Below, piece by piece: positions 12,336 through 26,064 of a stretch of 64,000 bases of DNA. The translations under genes and the position numbers were made by a program. The DNA lies in the NCBI RefSeq assembly GCF_006345805.1, contig NC_043021.1, positions 7,750,001 through 7,814,000 of the forward strand, given 5' to 3'. Source of the DNA: Octopus sinensis. Taxonomy: Eukaryota. Position 1 is the first letter of the stretch; each line of letters begins with the position of its first letter. The notes under the pieces were generated by a model. The model saw only the letters and a list, made by a program, of their open reading frames with translations, made no database searches and was not told the origin of the DNA.

Positions 12336-12875
12336 TTGAGTTCAAATTCCGCCGAGGTCGACTTTGCCTTTCATCCTTTTGGGGTCGATAAATTAAGTAC
12401 CAGTTATGCACTGAGGTCAATGATACTGACTAAGCCTCTCACCTCAAAATTCTGGCAGCGAGCTGGCAGAATCGTTAGCATGCCGGGCGAAATGCTTAGC
12501 GGCATTTCATCTGCTGTCACGTTCTGAGTTCACATTCCGCCGAGGTTGACTTTGCCTTTCATCTTTTCGGGGTTGTTAAATTAAGTACCATTTATGCACT
12601 GGGGTCAATGATACTGACTAAGCCCCTCACCTCAAAATTCTGGCAGCGAGCTGGCAGAATCGTTAGCATACCGGGCGAAATGCTTAGCGGCATTTCATCT
12701 GCTGTCACGTTCTGAGTTCACATTCCGCCGAGGTTGACTTTGCCTTTCATCCTTTCGGGGTCAATAAATTAAGTACCAGTTACGCACTGGGGTCAATGTA
12801 ATCAACTTAATCGCTTTGTCTGTCCTTGTTTGTCCCCTCTATGTTTAGCCCCTTGTGGGCAATAAAGAAATAAAA
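12336..12875 (+). mobile_element. Tandem trimer of SINE family B (period about 188 bp)
   Basis: gagttca(a/c)attccgccgaggt recurs near 12338, 12526 and 12714. Confidence 0.85.
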
Positions 12876-13499
12876 ATAAAAAAATATTCTGCTAGCTTAC
12901 TGCTTTTGATATTGAACCATAATGAAAAGGGAATTTATCATCAGGTTCCATCATCATCATTATCTTCATCATGTTTATTTTAATTACCACTTTTCCATGC
13001 TTGCTGGCATCCAACAGAATATTATTGATGATAGTTTATTCTCAGAAAAGTGCTTCTCAGAATCTCAAAACAATGCAATGGAGATGGGTGAGGAGATAGA
13101 CAGAGAGACATAGAGAGAGATGACTGACCAAATTCCAGTCAAATTTAAACAGCATCCCATCTACTTGGCTCATCATCATCATCGTCATCGTCGTTTAACA
13201 TCTGCTTTCCATGCTGGCATGAGTTGGACGGTTTGACTGTGGGCTGGCGAACCAGATGGCTGCACCAAGCTCCAGTCTTGATCTGGCAGAGTTTCTACAG
13301 CTGGATGCCCTTCCTAACGCCAACCACTCCGAGAGTGTAGTGGGTGCTTTTTACATGCCACCGGCATGGGGGCCAGTCAGGCAGTACTGGCAATGACCTC
13401 GCTCAAATCTTTTTACATGTGCCACCGGCACAGGTGCCAGTGAAGTGACGTTGGCAATGATCACGCTCGAATGGTGCCCTTGTACGTGCCACAGGTACA

Positions 13500-13795
13500 G
13501 AAGCCAGTTGGCTGCTTTGGCAACGATCACGCTTGGATGGTGGGGTACGGAAGCCAGTTGGCTGCTCTGGCAATGATCACGCTCGGATGGTGGGGTACGG
13601 AGGCCAATTGGCTGCTCTGGCAACGATCATACTCGGATGGTGGGGTACGGAAACCAGTTGGCTGCTCTGGCAACGATCACACTCGGATGGTGGGGTACGG
13701 AAGCCAGTTGGCTGCTCTGGCAACGATCACACTTGGATGGTGGGGTACGGAAGCCAGTCGGCTGCTCTGGCAACGATCACACTCGGATGGTGCTC
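13500..13795. repeat. 50-bp minisatellite (about 6 copies) derived from the RTE 3'-UTR
   Basis: Unit gcaacgatcacactcggatggtggggtacggaagccagttggctgctctg at 50-bp spacing from 13520. Confidence 0.9.
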
Positions 13796-15625
13796 TTATA
13801 AAAGGCAGGCAGTTTACATGGGTTAAAAAGCAGTTGCATGGTAATGTAATAAACTGGGATTCATTTGATTAACGTTCGGCAGGAATTTGAGAAACTGAAC
13901 CATATTATAGTGACAACCACACCAGATATGTAAATGTTCTGAGAATTTATGGCTAGTAGGAGGCCATGAGTCGGATCTTTTCCCTTTGAACGGCAGATCG
14001 AGAAATTATTTTTTTGTAACTAAACACTTTGAAACTTCGTATACTGGTAGAATGTGTCATATAAAACATCTTTTACTCTTAGTGTTGTTGAGAAAAGTTT
14101 ATATTTTCAAAATTATTTTGTGTTAAAGTTGTCGTATTTCGGTAATTTCCACCAATCAATGACGTGTATTCAGCTGAATAAAATTACTACCGTTGTTTGT
14201 CAACAACAACTGTTGGTGGTGTATATTTTGTTTGTCACTGTTATTTATGACATCATTCATGTGTTTGTACTGGTTTTAGCTTGAAGGTTTTAGGGTTAGG
14301 GTGAGAGACCATGAGTCTAATCTTTAGCAGCAATGGAAACAATTTGGAACATGTTTCTATCTTAGTAAACCTCAACAGCAAAGCATAACACACTTATACT
14401 TGGGAAATTTTACAGTGTTGTAAGTAATAGATCTTTGCTTGACATTTGAAACCAGGACTCATTTTTTTCATAGTAGAGTCTTTAAAATGGACTGATGGTG
14501 TTATCAAGAAGCTGATTATTCATTTTCTTGAATAGACATCAAAACTGACAGATTGATGTCAGTATAAAAACTGACCATTCAAAATTCACAAATGCACTTG
14601 ATGACATCACCAGGAAGCTTAACCCATGCTAACGCTGTCCGTGGCAATCAGTCAACTTCAATATAAAAAATCTTTCAAGAATGTAAAGACAAGAGAATAG
14701 GACAGACAAAGAGTAGGATGGACAAAGAGGAACAAAGAACAAGAACACATATCAAGCATTACATCTGCTATTAATCACGTATCAGTTGTTTGATGTGACA
14801 GATTTGTCGAATATGAAGAGCTTCAACATGAAAAGAGCTGAGATGCTTCAAACTTGAGCACTACCCAATGGCAGATGACACTTACATTCCACTCACTCAC
14901 TCACTCACTCCCTCTCCCCCTCTCCCTCTGTCTAGTTATCTCTTTCTCTCGTGCTCTCACTGTATCTACAGTCTACAACCACACCGCTTTATCACTCTTT
15001 TACTCTCTTTTACTTGCTTCAGTCATTTTGACTGCGGCCATGCTGGAGCACTGCCTTTCGTCGAGGAAATCGACCCCCCCCCCCCAGGACTTATTCTTTG
15101 TAAGCCTAGTACTTATTCTATTGGTCTCTTTTTGCTGAACCGCTAAGTTACAGGGATGTAAACACACCAGCATCGATTGTCAAGCGATGTTGGTGGGGGG
15201 AACAAACGCAGACACACAAACACACACACACACACATATATATATACATATATAGGCTTCTTTCAGTTTCTGTCTACCAAATCCACTCACAAGGCTTTGG
15301 TCGGCCCGAGGCTATAGTAGAAGACACTTGCTCAAGGTGCCACGCAGTGGGACTGAACCCGGAACCATGTGGTTGGTAAGCAAGCTACTTACCACACAGC
15401 CACTCAAAAAGAACTTTCACTTTTTGTACTTTCCCATTGGACCATCATGCCTAATTCAATCACTTAACAACAAACACATGAAGACATATAAAAAAAGACC
15501 TCAACATCTCTTTTATTCTTCAATTTATGTTATTATTAAAACATTATTGTAAATTGCTTAAATGGTGTAATATTTTCAGACAAAATACTGAATCTATTAG
15601 CTGCGCTGATGTTTCATCAACTCAC

Positions 15626-15663
15626 AGCTGACTTTGATTTATTGAAGGTGTCCATCCCCATTC
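15626..15663 (-). CDS. Candidate 38-nt internal exon (EWGWTPSINQSQ, phase 0-2)
   Basis: Acceptor aaaatttcttatag|G, donor CT|GTGAGT; phase-compatible with both neighbouring candidates. Confidence 0.35.
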
Positions 15664-16374
15664 CTATAAGAAATTTTGATAGGCAGAATAAAAACTACTT
15701 TCAGGTCTCTGTAGAGGGTGAATAGGGGCTGCTCTCAAAATTCAAGAGTGTTGTGAAGTTATTTGTATTATAAATTTACGGTAAAAATATTTCTTTACCT
15801 TCACCCGTTTAATACAATAAATGAGTTAATTGCATTGCAATTAAAAACATTTATGTATTAAGAATCTGGGTACTTTACCAACAGTATATTGAATAAATGC
15901 TATCCCATAGTGGGTTACACCAATAACCCCTATCTTACTTTGTACTATATATATATAGTGAGAATTTATGAAAAAAATTAAAGACAAAGATGGGTGTCTA
16001 AACAAAAAACAGATGTATTAGTTTAACGCTCAGGAAGTGAGAAAGTCTTTTACATTTTGAGCCTACGCTCTTCTACAGAAAGGGACTCAGAAAGAAACAA
16101 GGAGAGAAAATAAAAAGGTTTAGTGGCTAGCAATCTATCATTACATACATATCTACATATACATACTCTTTTACTTGTTTCAGTCATTTGACTGCAGCCA
16201 TGCTGGAGCACCGCCTTTAGTCAAACAAATGCAACCCCAGAATTTATTCTTTGTAAGCCTAGTACCTATCCTACTGGTTTCTTTTGCTGAAGCACTAAAT
16301 TACAGGGATGTAAACACATCAACATCAGCGTCAAGCGATGATGAGGGGACAAACACAGACACACAAACATATAC

Positions 16375-17169
<795 letters not shown>

Positions 17170-17323
17170 CAATAATAACTTCTGTGTTTTAAGAATCTAC
17201 AAAATATGAATATTTGTTTCTCAATAATGGCTGGACCAGCCATTTTGAAGAACTAAGACTACATGCTCATCTGCGTACACATGCATTACATATCATCATC
17301 TCTTCAATTCACAATCAATTCAC

Positions 17324-17390
17324 CAAGTTGACTGTGCCATCTTTATTAGAGAAACTATTTTTAGACATGATTTGGGCAAATAAAGCTGGA
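17324..17390 (-). CDS. Candidate 67-nt internal exon (PALFAQIMSKNSFSNKDGTVNL, phase 2-0)
   Basis: Very strong acceptor tttttttctcttgtttcttaaacag|T, donor TTG|GTGAAT; open frame. Confidence 0.35.
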
Positions 17391-18223
17391 CTGTTTAAGA
17401 AACAAGAGAAAAAAAAAAAGAATTGATATAACACAAATGTAAAATCTTCAGCATATATTTCGCAATTTTCACTGAATTACTATTATGATATTCAGTAAAC
17501 AAGAAAGGAAAAAAATCAGTTAATAAAAATAGTCAATCTCTAATAACTATGGAAGTCCATAATAAATACAAATTCACATACACACACACAAGATATTCTT
17601 AACATATTTATTTCTCGGCTAATGCAATTTTGAACAGACGAATCAACTTGAGACATAGATTATTTATTATTAATTTTCCTTATTAAAGAATATAATCAAT
17701 TAATTTCAAAGATATTATTTACTTTGATTTATCAAAGGATATTTAATTATTATATCTTCTCTATATCATTCCCCTTTTATTAATTATCTCAATTGCATTT
17801 CTTAATTAAAATTAATAACTTGTTTGGACTAGGCACAAAGCGACAAGGGAGTGGGGTACAGTTAACCGAAACTCAGTATACCTCAGCATATAACTGGTAC
17901 TGATTTTGTAGATTCCAACAGAGGAATGAATGATGGAGAAAATCAATGATGAGGGGGAAGAAAGGAAACAGAAATTCCTGTGGAACCTGAAGACAAATTA
18001 AATACTATAATTGGAAAATTTCTCAGGGGTTCCATTTGCACATGAGGAACATAAAGTTATACGTAATGGAACGTTAATGGCATTGAAGATCACTGGTTTT
18101 GGGGATGGAGACAGCTAAGGTCATGTGTATGACCTCCTTCTTCCAGACTCAAGAAGTTAAGAAAAAAATAAATAAACTCGATAGAATAAATAAAGATTCC
18201 AGTCAGGTTTTCAACCAGTCACT

Positions 18224-18341
18224 TCAATTCATCATCATCATCACCATCACCATCACCATCACCATCACCATCATCATCACCATCACCATCACCATCATCA
18301 TCATCATCATCACCACCACCACCACCACCACCATCATCATC

Positions 18342-18374
<33 letters not shown>

Positions 18375-19540
18375 CCACCACCATCATCATCATCATCACC
18401 ACCATCATCATCATTATCGTTGTCGTCGTCGTCGTCGTCGTCAATACTACCACCACCACCACCAACAACAACACTACCATCACCATCACAATCACCACTA
18501 CCAACACCACCCTCACCATCATCACCACTACTACCACCACCAATACCACTACTAACCACAACACTGTCATCAGCAGCAGTAGTACCACTACTACCACTAC
18601 TATCATTACTGCAGCCACTGCTGTCGTTGTTGTTATTGTCACCAGCATTGTAGTCATCATCATCATCATCATCATCATCATGACCATCACCATCATCATT
18701 ATCAGCAACATCACCACTACTACCACCACAAGACCACCATCACCATTACCACCACCGCCACCACCGCCGCCACCACCGCCACCACCACCACTACTATCAC
18801 TACTACTAAAAGACCGCCACCACCACAACCACCACCACCACCACCACAACCACCACCACCACCATCATCACCACCACCACTACCAAAACCACCAACAGTG
18901 CTGCCGCCACCACCACTACCACTATCCCATCACTGCCACACCATTACCACCACCACCGCAATACCACCACCACCACCACCACAAGACCACCAACACCACA
19001 ACCACCACCACCACAACCACCTCCACTACCACTACCAAAACCACCAACAGCGCCGCCGCCACCACCACTACCACTATCCCATCACTGCCACACCATTACC
19101 ACCACCACCACAATACCACCAACACCACAACCACACCACCACAACCACCTCCACTACCACTACCAAAACCACCAACAGCGCCGCCGCCACCACCACTACC
19201 ACTATCCCATCACTGCCACACCACCACCACCACCACCACAAGACCACCAACACCACAACCACCACCACCACAACCACCTCCACTACCACTACCAAAACCA
19301 CCAATAGCGCCGCCGCTGCCACCACTACCACTATCCCATCACCGCAACACCATTACCACTACCACCACAATACCACCACCACCACCACAAGACCACCACC
19401 ACCACAACCACCTCCACTACCACTACCAAAACCACCAATAGCGCCGCCGCCGCCACCACCACTACCACTATCACCATCACTACCATCGCCACCACCAGCA
19501 CTGTTGCTGCCACCAGCCCCCACAACCATCATCATTATCG
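18224..19540. repeat. Long (CAC/CAT)n trinucleotide array with a higher-order unit of about 130 bp
   Basis: accacctccactaccactaccaaaaccacca(a/t)agcgccgcc recurs near 19015, 19145, 19270 and 19405. Confidence 0.9.
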
Positions 19541-19599
19541 TTACTCAAAAGTTCATTTACATATGCTGACCTGAGTCGGCCATCTATTATTTATAGTCT

Positions 19600-19850
19600 G
19601 GCATGACACAAGAAAAATTCTATATTTTCTTTGCTTCGCTCTCACCATCTCTTTTCATGTCTTCTTCCTTGCATTTTTCTCTGTTCTGTCTGATAACACA
19701 ATCCACTGACGATGCTTTGTCTTCCAGCAGGTGTCATCATCCGTACACATTTGCATCATAGCCATAAAAGCACACATCAGCTTCTTCGGTACATATCAGA
19801 TAATGGCTAGCCAATTTGCTTATCTCACATGCATTCTGCCTTCCATGTAA
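19600..19850 (-). mobile_element. Highly degenerate RTE RT C-terminal relic
   Basis: Minus frame ...RTEKNARKKT*KEMVR echoes GRGRPRKTWDEVVK; multiple stops. Confidence 0.35.
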
Positions 19851-20179
19851 GCTACTTACAGATATCAACTCATACCTATATATATATATACGTATATATA
19901 TATATATTAATAAAATAGAACATATGCATATATATAAACATATATGTACGTACCTACCTCTACATGTACATATACACGCATATATGTGTACAGGACACCA
20001 AAAGGACGTCGAACACAATGAGAAACGAAAACATAGACACAAACCCAAGGAACAGGACAATTGAGAAACACAATGAGAAACGAAAACATAGACACAAACC
20101 AAAGGAACTGGACATTTTTTTAAAAACAACAAAAAATAGAGTACAGGACAATTAATAGAAAGAAAAAAAGAAAAAAACC

Positions 20180-20490
20180 TTACACACACACACACACATA
20201 CATATATACATACACATATACATATATACATACATACATACAAACATACATACATACATACATACATGCATGCATACATACACACACACATACATACATA
20301 CATACATACATACATACGTACATACCTACATACATACATACATACATACAGACATACATACATACATACATACACACATACATACATACATACGTACATA
20401 CCTACATACATACATACATACATGCATACATACATACAAACATACATACATACATACATACATACATACATGCAAGCATATATAATATGT
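20180..20490. repeat. (CATA)n microsatellite
   Basis: Direct inspection. Confidence 0.95.
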
Positions 20491-20718
20491 AATTGAACAA
20501 ATCTGTCCAACGAATGGGAATGTGAAACTCTGAGTAACAGTGGCACGTAAAAGCACCCATTACACTCTCGGAGTGGTTGGCGTTAGGAAGGGCATCCAGC
20601 CGTAGAAAACCCTGGCAAATCAGACTGGATCCTGGCGCAGCCTCCAGCGTGCCAGCCCAGTTAGACCGTCCAACGCATGCCTGCATGGACAACAAATGTT
20701 AAATTATGATGATGATTA

Positions 20719-20753
<35 letters not shown>

Positions 20754-21417
20754 TGTGTGTGTGTCTTTGTGAATATATTTGTCCCCCACCATTGTTTGAC
20801 AATGTTAGTGTGTTTACAACTCTGTAACTTAGCAGTTTGACAAAGAAACCGATAGAATAAGTACCAGGCTTTACAAAACTTATTTACAAAATAAGTTCTA
20901 AGGTTGATTTGTTTGACCAAAATTCTTGAAGGTGGTGTCCCAACATGCCCACAGTCTAAGTAAAAGATTAAAGGTAATATAGATGTCATCATCATCATCA
21001 TCATCATCATTTAACGTCCGTTTTCCGCGCTAGCACGGGTTGGACGGTTTCGACCGGGGTCTGGGGAGCTCGGGACTGCCCCAGGCTCCAGTCTAGTCTG
21101 GCAGTGTTTCTACAGCTGGATGCCCTTCCTAACGCCAACCACTCCGCGAGTGTAGTGGGTGTTTTTTACGTGCCACCTGCACAGGTGCCAGAGGGGTCTG
21201 GCATCGGCCACGTTCGGATGGTGCTTTTTATGTGGGGGGGGGAGAAATATAGGGGAGCACCAGTGGGGAGGGGTGGTTCAGAGAAATGATGACAGGTTCT
21301 AGGCAAGTAGAACGTAGGATATCAAGAGAGGGGTAATGCATGGTCAAATAGCGTATTGAAGAGGGGGGTTCGAAGATGTGTGTATATATATATATATATG
21401 TATATGTATATATGTAT

Positions 21418-21648
21418 TTCTTTACTACCCACAAGGGGCTAAACACAGAGGGGACAAACAAGGACAGACAAAGGGATTAAGTCGACTACATCGACCCCAG
21501 TGCGTAACTGGTACTTAATTTATCGACCCCGAAAGGATGAAAGGCAAAGTCGACCTCGGCGGAATTTGAACTTGGAACGTAATGACAGACGAAATACGGC
21601 TACGAATTTCGCCCGGCGTGCTAACGTTTCTGCCAGCTCGCTGCCTTA
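21418..21648 (-). mobile_element. tRNA-headed SINE, family B (also 51207-51624, 55878-56109, 57215-57630)
   Basis: Head ggcggcgagctggcagaaacgttagcacgccgggcg, B box gagttcaaattcc, tail ccccttgtggg...aaagaaata. Confidence 0.9.
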
Positions 21649-22000
21649 AGATATGTATATATGTATATACACATACACACACACACACAGAAATGAATTG
21701 CCTGATAGCTTTTGGGTTTTTTTTCCTGGTGTCAGATGCTGCAGTGAAGATACCAAGATCGTAGTTCAGATGAAAAGAATATATTTTTGTGCTTTGTGTT
21801 TTTATTCTCCGTTGTTTTGTTTTATCAAATTTTTTTAGGCACCATAAATGTTTACCTTTCATGTTTTTTCTTACATTTTGATTTTCTCCCTCAATTAGTT
21901 CAGCATCACCATTCTTCCAATAATTTCTTCCTTATGCATCAACTTTCACTTTTGTCTTTTAATTACCAATGATCTACAACTCTTTTGATCTTGATCTTAA

Positions 22001-22221
22001 CCCTTTCGTTACTGTATTTATTTTGAGATGCTCTGTGTTTCTTTCAATTACTTTAAATATAACAAAGAATTTAGTAAAATAACTTGGTTATCATTAAGCT
22101 AGTGTTAGGAACATAAATTGTGACTAAGGTTTGGTGGAAGATTTTAATTCCAAACTTATGAAAACAAGACATTTGTATTACAGAGCCAGAGCCAGTTTCA
22201 GCCGGGTTGGTAATGAAAGGG
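22001..22221. mobile_element. piggyBac-type MITE
   Basis: TTAA|CCCTTTC...GAAAGGG|TTAA. Confidence 0.8.
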
Positions 22222-22399
22222 TTAAGCCTAGTACTTATTCCATCAAACTCCTTTTGCTGAACTGCTAAGTTACAGGGGATACAAACACACCAACACTAGT
22301 TGTCAAGTAGTGGTAGAGGACAAGCACAGATACAAAGATGTACACGCATAGCTATATAAATTATTTATGTATGTGTAGGAAGTGAGGTTGGCACTGGCT

Positions 22400-22992
22400 G
22401 CGCCCTTAAATATGGTTTCTGATTACAAATATCTTGGGTCATACATATCATCATCTGGAAAAGATTTTCTAACTAGAAAGGGTATGGCCTGGTCAGCCTG
22501 TAATGACATGCATAAGATCTGGTCATCAAATCTAAGTAGAGACTTCAAACTTGAAATCTTCAAAGCCACAGTCGAACCAATTCTACTATATGGCTCAGAA
22601 ACCTGGACGTTATCAAAGAAGCTTGAGAGGCGGTTTGATGGAACCTACACTCGCCTCCTTATGAGAGCTCAAAATCTCTCGTGGAAGCGCCATCCAACCA
22701 AAATGCAAATATATGGGAAACTACCACCTGTGTCATCTCTTGTGAAAGGTAGGAGAGTCCAGTTTGCTGGACATTGTTGTAGAGCTGAAAACGAGGTAAT
22801 TTCTACTCTTCTCCTCTGGAAGCCATCTACTTGCAATACCAGAGGGCGCACACTCTCCTACCCTGATGTAATCTCCAGGGATACAGGCATCCAGCAACAG
22901 GACCTCTGTAATGCTATGATGGACCGTGAAGTCTGGCATAGCATGGTAAATACCATTGTCTCGACCACGATTGAACAATGATGATGATGATG
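22400..22992 (+). mobile_element. 5'-truncated RTE-like LINE with an intact RT C-terminal reading frame and (GAT)n tail
   Basis: ORF with YKYLGS, FKATVEPILLYGSETWTL and RVQFAGHC motifs, ending directly in tgatgatgatg. Confidence 0.9.
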
Positions 22993-23017
22993 GGTGGGTG
23001 CCTCACAATTCCTTACA

Positions 23018-23418
23018 TAGTCGTGGAAAGGAAAATAGTGGGAACAAGAATCTCTGAACAAATAACAATAATAATTTATTTCGCCTGAATAAACATTTTC
23101 ATCTCTGGACATCGGTAGCCTGGACACCTTGGTGTGCGAGAAGCAGCAGGGAGCAGGGTTGGTAGTTAGACACAAAAATATGAAGGCATTTTCACAGACT
23201 CGCCGCCAGAATGCCAGCTCCACGGAGCTGGTCTAAGTTGCATCCTGTCTGGTCAGAAGCTGGGGCCGAAGAGAGAGAGAATGGCAGTCAAGCCTAGCTG
23301 CTGCTGATGACTGCGCATGCGCATAAGGGGCTTCTGGCAGGCCTTCCGGAAGGCTCTAATCCCTGCGCATGTGTGGATGAAAATCCCAAAATGGTGTCTG
23401 GAACCGGGCGTCACTACA
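23018..23418 (-). mobile_element. Putative LTR (GC-rich, begins TGTAGTGACG on the minus strand, AATAAA near its 3' part)
   Basis: TG start, internal TGCGCATGCGCA palindrome (23312-23323), poly(A) signal; may extend to 22374 with the RTE nested inside. Confidence 0.4.
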
Positions 23419-23981
23419 TATGTATGTATAACCCAATAAGTTTTGAAAATCGATTAGGGTTGTTCATGGGTTTTTCAGTCAGTGGAGAAATGGATAAAAT
23501 TTGCACTGTTTACAATTATACCATATGTTATATCATCATCATCATTTAGCGTCCGCTTCCCATGCTAGCATGGGTTGGACGGTTCAACTGGGGTCTGTGA
23601 AGCCGGAAGCCCACATCAGGCCCAGTCTGATCTGGCAGTGTTTCTACGGCTGGATGCCCTTCCTAACGCCAAGGATGCCCTTCCTAACGCCATATATATG
23701 TATAGATACATATATAAGATGGGCTTCTTTAAGTTTCCATCTACCAAATCCATTCACAAGGCTTTGGTTGGCCCAAGGCTATAGAAGAAAGCACTTGCCT
23801 GAGATGCCATGTAGTGGGACTGAACCTGGAACCATGTGGTTGGGAAGCAAGCTTCTTACCACACAGCCATGCCTGTGCCTTAACCTTTGCGAAAAAAAAA
23901 AAATTTTTTAAATGAGAAAAAGAGAAAGAAAAAAGAAAAGAGAAGAGACAAACAAAACTGTTCTGAGCCATTCTTTATGTA

Positions 23982-24113
23982 TCAATAGAGATAATTCTCT
24001 CGTGCTTCAATGAATTCTTCGCAGATAACTGAATTTTCTTCAACTAAGCTGTAGCAGTAAGACGAAATGGTCAATGTGACATTTAAATTAGTGGTTTTGT
24101 CCTCAAATGAATT
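23982..24113 (-). CDS. Candidate exon NSFEDKTTNLNVTLTISSYCYSLVEENSVICEEFIEARENYLY*
   Basis: Strong acceptor cttctctcctgtag|A; phase-0 frame open for 43 codons; compatible with exon 26001-26064. Confidence 0.3.
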   Translation of the reverse strand, partial: NSFEDKTTNLNVTLTISSYCYSLVEENSVICEEFIEARENYLY

Positions 24114-25084
24114 CTACAGGAGAGAAGTTGGTGCTGACATATTTAATGTGTGAACAATTAAAATAACTAACAAGGAATAAATAAATGTACAGTGAGTGAG
24201 GTGGGTTGGGAGGCGGGGTGGTGGAGAAAAATCAATCATTTATTGATGTTTTCTTGTTTGTTTTATTTTTCTTAGACATGCATCTTAACCATGTATGTGT
24301 GATAAACTGGTGGCATTTGTGGTTGTTAAGTAGTTTACTTGCCAACCACATATGTGGTTTCGGGTTCAATCTCACCTTCTGGCACCTTGGACAAGTGTTT
24401 TTTTACTATAGCCCCAAGCTGGCCAAAGCCTTGTAAGAGGATTTAGTAGATGGAAATTGAAAGAAGCCTATCATGTGTGTGTGTGTGTATGTGAGTGTGT
24501 GTGTGTGCACGTGTGTATGTGTGAAAGAGAGAGACAGAGAGAAAGAGTGGATTTGGCAGATGGAAACTGAAAGAAGCCTGCTGTATATGTGTGTGTGTGA
24601 GAGAGAGAGAGAGAGAGTGGGTTTGGTAGATGGAAACTGAAAGAAGCTTGTCATGTGTGTGTGTGTGTGTGCATGTGTGTGCATGTACAAGAGAAAGAGT
24701 GGATTTGGTAGATAGAAACTGAAAAAAGCCTGTCATATGTGTGTGTGTGGTGTGTGTGTGTGCATGCATGTGTATGCATTTATCTGTGTGTGGGGCTGTG
24801 GCTTCTTGTCTTGACATCACCCAACTGATACAAACGAGCATCACCATCATTCAGACGATGTCCCTTGTTTCCTGTCTTCCATGAAAAACATGTTTGGTTA
24901 TGAGGAAACATTGTCTTGCTCGGAAACAGCTGAGAGTAGGCAACAGGAAGGGCATCCAACTGCAGAAAATTCTCAGTGAATCCCATCTGGCGCAACATAA
25001 GTACGGAAAAGTGGACATTAAAAACAATGATCGTGGTAGCGGCGGCGGCAGTGATGGTGGTGATGGTGGTGGTAGTGGTTTTAA

Positions 25085-25322
25085 ATAATAATAATGAAAT
25101 TATTGTATACAGTGCTCAGGTGCACCACAACTTGTCAGAAAGTGCATATAAAGTACATGCAGTAATGTAGAAATGTCTGGAAAGCGAACAATGTATGAGT
25201 CAGATACATGCCTGTGTGTGCATGGAGGGGAGAAAATCAAGTGTAGTGTTGGTGAATCTCAGGAAGCATGGAAGCCTTGAAGGATGCAGTGCTCCGACAA
25301 CTAACAACCGACGCCGGCAGTT
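25085..25322 (-). mobile_element. CR1-like LINE 3' end with (TTA)n tail (same family at 47148-47560 and 49340-49915)
   Basis: Near-identical aataataatgaaattattgtatacagtgctcaggtgcaccacaacttgtc in all three copies. Confidence 0.8.
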
Positions 25323-26000
25323 TGTTTGAATATAAACACTTTAAAAAAAATCTATGAAGTTCCTAAATTCTTCAAAGTTCATTATAATATGTAAATATCA
25401 TCATCATCATCGTTTAGCGTCCGCTTTCCATGCTGGCATGGGTTGGACGGTGCAACTGGGGTCTGGGAAGCCAGAAGGCTGCACCAGGCTCCAGTCTGAT
25501 CTGGCAATGTTTCTATGGCTGGATGCCCTTCCTAACGCCAACCACTCCATGAGTGTAGTGGGTGCTTTTTACATGCCACCGGCCCAGGTGCCAGACGAGG
25601 CTGGCAAACGGCCACGATCAGATGGTGCTTTTTACATGCCACCGGCACAGGGGCCAGATGAGGCTGGCAAACGGTCACAATTGGATGGTGCTTTTTACGT
25701 GCCACCGGCCCAGGTGCCAGACGAGGCTGGCAACGGCCACGATCGGACGGTGCCTTTTACGTGCCACCGGCACGGAAGCCAGTCATACAAACATATACAT
25801 CTTCCTCTGTTTTAACTTCATTTAATGATTATTTTCAATACATTTTATTATAACAAGTGTATCTATTTTCATTACTAACAGCAATGGTACACTAATAGCA
25901 CCAATAACCATCCAGTACAAACACATATTCTACTAAATAAATATGGCTTTGTAGCTCTTATAAATAATTACACTTGCTGTTTAACTTGTATCTCTCATAC

Positions 26001-26064
26001 TTGATTGACTACTGTCAATGATGTCACAGTCACAACCAGTGCATCAATGCTGAGATTTTTATTA
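26001..26064 (-). CDS. Candidate 64-nt exon (NKNLSIDALVVTVTSLTVVNQ, phase 2-0)
   Basis: Acceptor gatttatttattcag|T, donor CAA|GTATGA; open frame. Confidence 0.3.

Noticed and set aside
13500-13795. Regularly spaced repeats resembling a CRISPR array
   Set aside because: Units are contiguous with no unique spacers, the DNA is eukaryotic and the unit derives from an RTE UTR.
14560-14650. AWVKLPGDVIKCICEF, superficially F-box-like
   Set aside because: Bounded by stops with no usable splice sites; more likely chance or a transposase remnant.
18027-18118. Plus-strand peptide GVPFAHEEHKVIRNGTLMALKITGFGDGDS*
   Set aside because: No upstream plus-strand exons or start found, and other candidate exons here are on the minus strand.
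18099-19569. Pro/Thr/His-rich extensin- or mucin-like ORFs
   Set aside because: CAC/CAT array open in several frames, with no start or splice context.
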